Below are positions 37,901 through 47,681 of a stretch of DNA of 64,000 nucleotides, one piece after another; the first letter of the stretch is position 1, and each line of letters begins with the position of its first letter. The stretch is from Octopus vulgaris (lineage: Eukaryota), in NCBI GenBank assembly GCA_951406725.2, contig OX597825.1, positions 71,672,001 through 71,736,000 of the forward strand, in the 5' to 3' direction. A program made the position numbers and the translations under genes. Under the pieces are notes generated by a model that made no database searches, was not told the origin of the DNA, and worked only from the letters and a program-made list of their open reading frames with translations.

Positions 37901-39598
37901 ATATCTGGAAGAGAGAGTATACCTGGTTCTATGATGGACCAGCGGAGTCAGATATCTGGAAAAGTGAGTACTCCCACTTCAATAAGAGACCAACGAAGTC
38001 AGATATCTGGAAGAGAGAGTATTCCTGGTTCAGTAACAGACCAGCGGAGTCAGATATTCGAGCGAGAGGGTACCTCCAGTTCAATGACAGACCAACGAAG
38101 TCAGATATCTGGAAGAGAGAGTACTCCCAGTTCAATGAGAGACCAACGAAGTCAGATATCTGGAAGAGTGAGTACACCCAGCTCAACGACAGACCAACGA
38201 AGTCATTTATCTGGAAGGGAGAGTATTCCTGGTTCAATGATGGAGCAGCGAAGCCAGATATCTGGAAGAGAGGGTACCCCCAGTTCAATGAGAGACGAAC
38301 GAAGTCAGATATCTGGAAGAGAAAGTACTCCTGGTACAATGACGGGTCAGCAGAGTGAGATATCTGGGAGAGAGGGTAGCCCCAGTTCAATGAGAGAGCA
38401 ACAAAGTCAGATATCCAGTCGAGAAAATATTCCCAGTTCAGCGACATCAAGATCCACCTCACATAGACCATTATCAGAAATATCAAGTGGCAGATCTATT
38501 AGGCAGGACACTAACACTTCTGTTGGTGAAGTCCTTGATGAGCTTAGTAGAAGTTCTCGCACTCAATCATCATTGGCGGATTTTCCAGCTGGAATTCAAC
38601 CCAGAGATTCGTATGTAGTCTCATCTCAACAATCCAGGTATGAAAGTGATGTTGCTTTAACTGAGACATCGAATGAATCGTCTAGATCTCAAGCGACTAC
38701 GGTAATTAGGAATGAGTCTGATTCTGCACGTGCTCTTTCAAAATCAAGCAGTAGTCATTCTTCGCAAACATCAAGGAGTTCCTCTTCAGATAAAATTAGC
38801 ACCAACTCAAATGCTTTAAGAAGTACTCTTGACAAAAGTCAAAATAATAATATAAGTGTTAAAAAATATGTTGGGAAAACTGCAAAAAAATTTGACAAAC
38901 CTGGTACCTCCCAAAAGAAAAAAAGTACTAACTTAAATAGCAAGAATTTTCTTGGTAACAGAAAGAAAAATCAAATTGATTCAAGTCAAAATGCAGACCA
39001 AGACAGATCTGATGACCTAATGGATAAGTCAGAAAATAATAGTTCATATGCTGCAGATGGCTTCCCAATGAAACAGGCCCAGAAGAAAGACAGGACACAA
39101 AAGTCCCAAGGAAGGGAAAATATTTGTGAAGGAGAGTATGTTTGTGAAGAAAAAAATGAATCCGGTCTTGACAACAATTCTAGCAATAATAAAGCAGTTG
39201 CATCTACATCTAGGTTTTGCAAAGATACTATAAAAGTATGTAGTGAATCAGCTCAAGGAATGCAGTCTTCAACAACAGACAAAGAATATGTTAACAAACT
39301 GGTCAAATCTGAGAAAGTCTATTATAATTTTCCAGAATCCTCTCGTAACCTCATAAACTCTGGAGATAAATTCAGTCTTTATGGAGCCCTTCGAAAAGAT
39401 GGGAATCGTTATGTTTTCCGCTTAATGCAATTCCTTGAACAGACCTATGAAAACATTGATGGAATAGCACGTCCATTGCAAGGAAGGAAAATATTAATTT
39501 CAAACTCTTACGTGTTTAACAGATATCTCGATTGCTCTGGAGTTCTTTCATTCATTACAAAGAAGCCCAAGTATCCATGTCTGAATAATCCAGATTAA
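16978..39598 (+). CDS. HAP2: Giant single-exon HAP2/GCS1-like membrane protein (~7,540 aa after repairing 5 frameshifts) with a ~17 kb Ser/Arg-rich tandem-repeat tail
   Basis: ATG 16978 opens a signal-peptide-like MKLQTLLSTYVLTVLLQHS. HAP2 motifs occur in order: YPLQFLQFVNNQPYE, C-D...TFC...G...KGYCC, HCILYDPLWYSV..LG.P, YLLIP, YLLIKKKYFDLKGTSCGAIGI...C.......CFKNQPLSFWLED, Ig-like V-INIG...G.F...C, CLCLVGCKCSC, then hydrophobic segments. ORFs 16801-25236, 25368-31340, 31337-32596, 32628-34466, 34384-36858 and 36659-39598 join by +2, -4, -2, -2, -2 indels in C or AG runs. Confidence 0.85.
17770..17892 (+). other. HAP2-GCS1 signature segment (ij-loop region)
   Basis: GTSCGAIGIVAGAVLKKTDRCTKSFVKTCFKNQPLSFWLED vs the remembered family pattern G.ECNKIGV...AF..Q...C......CL.NQL......D. 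Confidence 0.75.
18559..18864 (+). other. Membrane-anchoring region: long hydrophobic segment (18559-18672) and second hydrophobic segment (18799-18864) followed by a basic RKYINKKK patch
   Basis: LVIFGIVLLFLMILNMLKLIFGFCFPVSIGEAGLCVFI and MGIMNFFFFFYLPFIGIHWLLV; both conserved in paralog 1. Confidence 0.75.
21040..38440 (+). repeat. Coding tandem array based on a 51-bp (17-aa) monomer with 153/156-bp higher-order units
   Basis: Monomer e.g. RSQISGRESIPSSMRDE; trimer MSIPSSITDRRTEISER-ESIPSTIADQRSRLSER-ESTIRSISDQRSQISGT; near-perfect monomer block ~35560-37060. Confidence 0.95.
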
Positions 39599-39782
39599 AA
39601 TATAATCGTATATGAATTGTAATTATCCTTGTACCTATGATCTTTTTTTCTGAGAGTTTTTACCCAGAGCCCGATTTAAGATCAAAAGAATGTCAAATTT
39701 TAGAATGAAAATTTTATCAAGACTATCCTGTCTCTAAAGGCAAAATCGACTTTAGTAAAATAATCAAAACAAATCAAACGTT

Positions 39783-39788
39783 AATAAA
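39783..39788 (+). promoter_or_regulatory. Candidate polyadenylation signal of the giant gene
   Basis: First AATAAA seen after the stop codon, ~185 bp downstream. Confidence 0.4.
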
Positions 39789-40463
39789 TTATTCATATAA
39801 TGGAAAAGTTTTTAATTTTAATGACTACAAGTTTCCTCATTTATGCATACATATACATTTTTTTTTTGAGAGAGAGAGAGAGAGAGAGAAAGAAGAACAT
39901 GGGCTTAAATTTGTAATGCTTTTTCACATCTGTAACATATGTTTCAGTATTCAGTAACACAAGATATCTCAGTATAGATGCAATCTGTACACACACAGCA
40001 TAAGGGCAGCATGCATTAGCAAACACATCTCCGGATACAAGATATGGTGCCCTTATGAGCTGCATCTATAGATTATATCAATTGTAAGACATCATGTGTT
40101 ACCCAATGCCAAAACATATGTAAGAGATGAAATAGAGGAGTACCAGGTTCAAGCCTATGTTCTTTTTCCTCTCATTTACGTCCCCTGGGGTTGAATTCTC
40201 CAACTAAAATCCTTTAAGGTGGCGCTCCAGCATGTCCACAGTCAAAATGACTGAAACAAGTAAACGAGTAAAATAATATCCAAGAACACATGTGTTTGAA
40301 AAGATAATTGAAAGCGCTTACACACAAACTAGAAAGAAACTTCTTCAGAAAAGGTTAGTGAAGTTCTGATAAAGAATTTACAACTTTTTTTTAAAAATAA
40401 TAAAAAAAAAAATCTTTTTTATTCTTAGTAAAACTGTATCAAATAATTTTCCCAAAGACTTTA

Positions 40464-40532
<69 letters not shown>

Positions 40533-40560
40533 TGTGTATATAAACAATAATTCCAAAGAT

Positions 40561-40780
40561 AGAGAATATGGAAACCGGTACATCCTCAAAATTTATTTGC
40601 TTTTATTTTACAATGTTATACAGCATATTTTTTTATGGTTATAACAACCTACATATGTTTCCAGCTGCACATATTCTGTGGAAACACATATAGGCCATCG
40701 TAACCATAAAAATATGCTGTATGACATTGTAAAATAAAAGGAAATAAATTTTGAGGACATACCAGTCTCCATATTCTCTG
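40561..40780. mobile_element. ~220 bp imperfect palindrome, probable MITE
   Basis: agagaatatggaaaccggtacatcctcaaaatttattt... pairs with ...aaataaattttgaggacataccagtctccatattctct over ~80 bp arms. Confidence 0.6.
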
Positions 40781-40975
40781 TGTTGGATTTATTGCTAATA
40801 TACACTCAAGATAATATTACCATCCAGTGAATTTCCTATGGGAAGAAATTAAAGAGTGAGTGACAACTTCTGTTAGTCATAGAAGTTAAATACTAATTGA
40901 TGCAGTTAGCCATAACCTGGAACACAACTGAGAGCCACCATGGTATCCACATGGATAATATATCCCTCTAAACTC

Positions 40976-41024
<49 letters not shown>

Positions 41025-41276
41025 GATAATAATAATATGAGGGAATATTAGGGAATATTATTCCAAACTTACAGGGAAAAATTCAATTTAGAAGTACTAA
41101 ATCAAATTTCACAAAATATAATATACATATATAAATTAGAAAAAAAAACGCCTTTTATCAATTCAATAATGAAAAATTAATCGTTCTATAATATTTAATC
41201 TTTCTATAATATGTAATTTTCTAGATGGTATAATTAAATTTTTCATTATTGAATTGATAAAAGGTGTTATACATGT

Positions 41277-41378
<102 letters not shown>

Positions 41379-42772
41379 TATATGGTATTTATTATAGTCA
41401 GACAACTGTAGAAGAAGTATTTGACAAAGAATAAACTATTGTACTTGGCATTTGTTGACTTAGAGAAAGCTTTTGATAAAGAACCCCCCTGTATGCTATG
41501 GTAGGCTCTGAGGAAGCCATGTATAGAGGTGATGTCAATGAGGTGAAAGTTAACTTTGAGTATAGTGGTGAATTTAGTGTACAGGTAGGCATTCATGAGG
41601 GTTTGGTTCTCAATCTCCTCCTATTCATCTTTGTCCTTCAGGCCATAGCTTGAATTCAAGACTGGCTGCTCCTGGGAACTGTTATATGCTGATGATGTTA
41701 CTCTTAAAGCAGTTTCCTTTACAAAACTGGAAAAGAAATACCAGGTGTGGAATCAAAGTGCCTAAAAAAAGTGCCTGGAATCAAAGTGCCTAAAAATTAA
41801 CTTAGCAAAGCCTAAGGTTCTAGTAGACAAGAAAACGGACAGGACCCTTGCATCATCAGGTAAATGGCCCTGCTCAATATGTAGAAAAAGCGTAGGCAGG
41901 AATTCCAGATGATACACCCAGTGTCAGATATGGACACATAACAGGTGCTGTGTAATAATATGAAGGTTATCAGAGAAGGTAATGTTTGTAAGTGAAAGAC
42001 ACACAAGAGTTATAAAAACTACAGATACTCGAAGACTTTTTAGAGGTAGTGGATAATTTTCCCTACCTAGGGAACCTAAATAGCTGTGAGGGAGGATGCA
42101 CAGAAAGTGTAATTGCTAGAATAAAAATAGGATGGAAAAAGTCCAAAAAGCTTTGACCTCAGTTGGCAACCAAAGTTCTCTCTCTCTCTCTCTCTCTCTG
42201 AGTGAAAGGAAGGTTGTATGATGTATGTATACAAACAGCAATGCTACATGTAGACATAGTAGTGAGACATGGACCCTGAATGCAGAAGACATATGAAAAC
42301 TAGTGAGGAATGAAGTGAGTATGCTCTGCTGGATGTGCAATGTCAGTATACATGTGTGACAGAGCACCAGACGAAATTTTAACAGAACCCTTGTGCATAA
42401 GGAACCCCCTAATTTTGGGGGCTTAAAATCTGAAAAAAAAAAGGTTTTGTAATGGATTATAATACTTTCTATGTATAAGAAACTACCTTATTTTTTTAAC
42501 CTAATTTTTGACAAAAGCGGGTTCCTTATACACCTTAAAATACGGTCGATGCAGTGTGCAAGAGAGAAGACTGCGCTTGTTTGGTCATGTGATGCATATG
42601 GATGTAGACAGTTGCATACAGAAATACGAATCACTTAAAGTGGATGGAACTTGTAGAAGATGGAGACCCAGGAAGATAGGAATGAAGTATTGAAGGCTGA
42701 TCTCAAGACACTGAGCCTTACAAAGGATATAATTAAGGATTGAGATACCGGTTGCATTACTGTACTCTAGAA

Positions 42773-43134
42773 CAGTGCTACTCAAAGTGGTGGTCTACAA
42801 ACCAGTGCTGGTCCGTGAGCCATCAGCTGCTGGTATGCGGCAAGTTTCCAGAAAAGAAAGAAACGATAGCACAATTTCAGTAATTTCGCCTTATGCACTG
42901 CAGTAAACAATTGATCAGCTTATGTAATATTGTATTATTTGTTTACAAAATAAATGTAAGATTTTATAATATTCAGGAGTGGCTGTGTGGTAAGTAGCTT
43001 GCTAACCAACCACATGGTTCCAGGTTCAGTCCCACTGCGTGGCATCTTGGGCAAGTGTCTTCTGCTATAGCCCCGGGCCGACCAATGCCTTGTGAGTGGA
43101 TTTGGTAGACGGAAACTGAAAGAAGCCTGTCGTA

Positions 43135-43191
<57 letters not shown>

Positions 43192-43516
43192 TTGTGTGTC
43201 TGTGTTTGTCCCCCTAGCATTGCTTGACAACCGATGCTGGTGTGTTTATGTCCCCGTCACTTAGCGGTTTGGCAAAAGAGACCGATAGAATAAGTACTGG
43301 GCTTACAAAGAATAAGTCCCGGGGTCAAGTTACTCGATTAAAGGTGGTGCTCCCGCATGGCCGCAGTCAAATGACTGAAACAAGTAAAAGAGAAAAAGAG
43401 AGTATATATATTGTTTCCAGTATAAATTAATATTGCTAAGAGACATTACTGGTCCCTGGCACATTGGAGAAAAAAAAACTGCCCGTATGCGATACCAGAT
43501 AGTTTGAGAAGCACTG
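42773..43516. mobile_element. hAT (Charlie-like) MITE with a nested SINE B
   Basis: TIRs cagtgctactcaaa / tttgagaagcactg; perfect 8-bp TSD ctctagaa at 42765-42772 and 43517-43524. Confidence 0.85.
42974..43403 (+). mobile_element. SINE family B
   Basis: Match to family B, inside the hAT MITE. Confidence 0.85.
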
Positions 43517-43764
43517 CTCTAGAAAACCCATCCACCACAGCAGAATTGATACTGGTGCTGGTGCCACATAAAAAAGTATCCAGTACACTCTATGGAGTGG
43601 TTGGCTTTAGGAAGGGCATTTAGCCATAGAAACCATGCCAGAACAATGGAGTCTGACACAACTCCTGGCCTTACCAGCTCCAGTCAAAACATCCAACACA
43701 TGCCATCATGGAAAATGGACATTAAATGATATGTGTGTATTTATATATATATAAAACACGTACA

Positions 43765-43834
<70 letters not shown>

Positions 43835-44059
43835 TGTTTATATGTAAATATATACATATGTATATGTATATGTATAGCATTTTGTCTTAATAACTGATGA
43901 GATGCCGGAGCAGACTTCAGTCCCGGTATCCGAAATCGTGAGTTTTTATTATGACAACCAACTAATTGTCACGTATTATATTTATAGATAAATTCCTCTA
44001 TTTTACATAATATCGAGGTCTCATTCATTCTTTTGTTGTCATATTATTATTATTAATAT

Positions 44060-44092
<33 letters not shown>

Positions 44093-44100
44093 TATATATT

Positions 44101-44159
<59 letters not shown>

Positions 44160-44162
<3 letters not shown>

Positions 44163-45715
44163 AATTAGTTAGTTAGTTAATTTGGCTCAAAAGCAAATAG
44201 CAAGGCCATGTAGGGGGACATAGAGTTAAGTACAGGGTGGTGTTCATGTAAAGAGTTCAGGCCACTTGAGGTCAAGGGAGACTTTGAACAAAGCGGTCGT
44301 CGGCATCTTCACCATCTCGTCTGGCAGCTTGTTCCATGGATCCGCAACCCGGATGGAGAAAGCTCCTCTCCTTCGACTGAGATGAAATCGTCGCAGGTAG
44401 AGCTTTTCGGAATGACCCCGCAGCCGACGCTCTGGAGCAGGAGTGAAGAACAGCTCTTTCGAGAGGTTACACTTTCCGCTTATGATGTTGTGAGCGAGAA
44501 TGAGATCACCACGGCGGTGGCGTTTTTCTAGAGAATAAAGGTCGAGCATCCTCAGCCTTTCTTCATAAGACAAATTTTTGAGACCATGAACCATGCGGGT
44601 AGCCAGCTTCTGGACTCTTTCGAGATGCTGTATGTCTTTGAGGAGATAAGGAGAAGAGGCTTGAATCCCGTACTCCAATAAGGGTCTCACCAGCGTGACA
44701 TAGAGTGGTAGGAATATGGCTGCTGTGAGCATTCCGAATGACCATCGAATCAAGAACAGAGTTCCACGTGCTTTGTTGGCAGCATGGACGCACTAGGCCG
44801 AAGGCGAAAAGGAGGAATCCACCAAGATACCCAGGTCCTTTACCTAATCGGTCCTCTCCAGCAGCAGACGACCCGGCTCAAAATCAAGTTGAGTTTCAGG
44901 AGGAGAGCCAACAGGCAGATGACAGCACTTTGACACGTTCAGACACAGGTCCCATTCGTTAGACCACCTCCAAATTTGGTGGAGGCATCGACGAAGATCC
45001 TCTATATCACCGCGAGGAGCGACCAGTTTGACATCGTCGGCAAATAGAAGGGTGTGTTGCGTGAGGTCGTCGGGCAAGTCATTTATGAAGACTAAGAACA
45101 ATAAGGGCCCAAGTACTGAACCTTGAGGCACGCCACTGCTCGCACTGGAGACGTCGGACCGCGAACCATTAACTTGGACTTGGAAGGAGCGATCTGAGAG
45201 GAAGGCACCAACCCATCGTATAATATCCGGATGGAAACTATATGCTTGAAGCTTGACAAGTAATAGACGGTGGTTTACCGAGTCAAAAGCTTTGGCAAAG
45301 TCCAATAAAACGATGTCAACAGCATCACTATCATCGAGGATGCGCGTCACCAATTCTTCCATTACCAGTAAGTTGGTCAAGCATGATCTCTTCGGCACGA
45401 AGCCGTGTTGGGAATCAGAGATAGAGGCTGTGTTTTGGAGGTGGAGCATCATACTTTTCTTAAGGATGGTTTCAAACATCTTGCTGATTATTGATGTAAG
45501 GGAAACCGGTCGGTAGTTAAGCGGGTCTTCGCGGCTCCCTTTCTTGAAAATTGTGCAGATTATCGCTGTTCTCCAGTCTGCAGGTATAACACCCGTCGCC
45601 AATGACATATTGAATAGACGTGTTAAGGGCTCGCAGATGACCGGAGCCAACGCTTTGATAACCCGTGGGTGTATGCCGTCAGGGCCATGACCCTTGTTGA
45701 CATCGAGGCCTTGAT
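44160..45715 (-). mobile_element. 5'-truncated CR1-like LINE, reverse transcriptase domain to 3' end
   Basis: GPDGIHP, YRPVSLTS, QHGF, DFAKAFDSVNH, GVPQGSVLGPLLF, FADDVKL, LYVTLVRPLLEY, WNKLP; (TAAC)n tail at ~44160-44180; reading frame broken near 44840. Confidence 0.92.
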
Positions 45716-45809
45716 GTGTATAAGGATGAAAAGGAACACACGAGTTGATATATATGAAAAAAAACAAGTCAAGATAGAAAATGCTAAAATAATTTTATGA
45801 AGAACATTT

Positions 45810-45846
45810 CAGTACCGGTTTCAGTCATTTGAGACCTTTTCAACTG
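45810..45846 (-). ncRNA. Second copy of the minimal hammerhead-like motif
   Basis: Minus strand cag-ttgaaaa-ggtc-tcaaat-gact-gaaa-ccgg-ta-ctg. Confidence 0.45.
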
Positions 45847-46201
45847 TAACGATTAAATAATTAAATTTAGAAAAATTAAAAGAATATTTGTATAGTGTTC
45901 AAATACAAGTGGCATTTTCTTTCTTTCTGCTTTTCTCTGTCTCTCTTGTTTACACTTGTGGGTTCGAACGACCTTGAACCCACAAGTGTAAACAAGAGAA
46001 ACAGAGAAAGGCAGAAGCAAGGAAAATGCCACTTATATTTGAACACTATACAAATGTCTAAAATACAACTATTTGCTCCACATTTATTTTCATCTTGTGT
46101 ATAGTCCTGTTAGGATTTCTTGTCTTCATTTTTATGATGGAATTTTCACACACATATATGTATATATACTTGGTAAATTATCCTGGCAGATACCATATTA
46201 T

Positions 46202-46850
46202 CTCCCAAAATGTTATGTATTCCAGCTTTGGCATTCAAAGTTACCCCAACCGCAGAACGGGGCACCACTGCATGGTGCCAAAGATTCCAACATCACCATC
46301 AAAATACAGGACCAGATACTGCAACCTCCCAAAATGTTATGTATTCCAGCTTTGGCATTCAAAGTTACCCCAACCGCAGAACGAGGTGCCACTGCATGGT
46401 GCCAAAGATTCCAATATCACCATCAAAATACAGGACCAGATACTGCAACCTCCCAAAATGTTATGTATTCCAGCTTTGGCATTCAAAGTTACCCCAACCG
46501 CAGAACGGGGCGCCACTGCATGGTGCCAAAGATTCCACCATCACCATCAAAATACAGGACCAGATACTGCAACAGTTTGGGTTTCAGAGGACCGCAGCTC
46601 TTTAACATCCTCCCTAAATGCCTGAGGGACTTGCATGGTGTGGATGTGGGTTTCTTTAAAACTAAACTGGATCTCTTCTTGTCGGGGGTCCCAGATGAAC
46701 TTACCTCACGACAGGAGACACAGATGCAGGCAGCGGCTTCGAACTCCCTTGTTGACCAACTGTCACGTATCAGAGGTGGATTCACATATTAGTGTAGCTC
46801 ATTCAGTGGTGGTGCCCCAGCAAGGCTGCAGCCTTCGAGCTAAAACATTT
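46202..46850 (+). mobile_element. 3' end of a CR1/L2-group LINE with a triplicated 124-bp 5' segment
   Basis: Units start at 46202, 46326, 46450; peptide RGPQLFNILPKCLRDL...FKTKLDLFLSGVPDE. Confidence 0.75.
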
Positions 46851-47247
46851 TTAAGGATTTAAGGATTTATCCACGACAATCCAGTTACATAGTACTCAAG
46901 CTTAAAAGAAAAATTAGTGCTTGTAAGCTTCACTTGTTGGGTAGTTCCCTGTTCCTATTCAGAACTGCAAATATTCCGAAGACTATATAATTGATAACCA
47001 AGAGGAGAGTGGAGATTTAGTCACATCCAAAGTTTTTTATGAAAAAGTTTTCTACAGCATATATAACAGTGACCAACATATATGTCTCTACTGCAGTGAA
47101 GTGTAAAGAATAGTGATACATTGTAATGAGTGCAAAAAAAAAAAAAAAGGTAAAAATTTGCAGATGGCTGGCATAACAGTTCCTCTGCATATTTAGAAAG
47201 AAGCAAATATAGTTATGCTTTCTTTATAGAAGAGATTTATTCTGAGT

Positions 47248-47449
47248 ACTCTTTTACTTGTTTCAGTCATTTGACTGCGGCCTTTCTGGAGCACCGCCTT
47301 TAGTCGAGCAAATCGACCCCGGGACTTATTCTTTGTAAGCCCAGTACTTATTCTATCGGTCTCTTTTGCCGAACCGCTAAGTGACGGGGATGTAAACACA
47401 CCAGCATCGGTTGTCAAGCAATGCTAGGGGGACAAACACAGACACACAA

Positions 47450-47519
<70 letters not shown>

Positions 47520-47681
47520 GACAGGCTTCTTTCAGTTTCCGTCTACCAAATCCACACACAAGGCATTGGTCGGCCCGGGGCTATAGCAGAAGACACTTGC
47601 CCAAGATGCCACGCAGTTGGACTGAACCTGGAACCATGTGGCTGGTTAGCAAGCTACTTACCACACAGCCACTCCTGCACC
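47248..47681 (-). mobile_element. SINE family B
   Basis: Reverse complement of family B. Confidence 0.85.

Larger units (their letters stand above)
41395..43730 (+). mobile_element. Degenerate RTE-clade LINE (RT and 3' tail) carrying nested insertions
   Basis: Frameshifted pieces LYLAFVDLEKAFDK, GCSWELLYADDV, RRLRLFGHVMHMD...GTCRRWRPRK; resumes after the hAT MITE at 43525. Confidence 0.75.

Noticed and set aside
28087-38486. Minus-strand ORFs (WEYSLFQISDFV repeats)
   Set aside because: Antisense shadows of the coding tandem repeat.
25368-39598. Five separate repeat-protein genes
   Set aside because: Each break is explained by a 2-4 nt indel in a simple run, and the repeat register continues across all of them.
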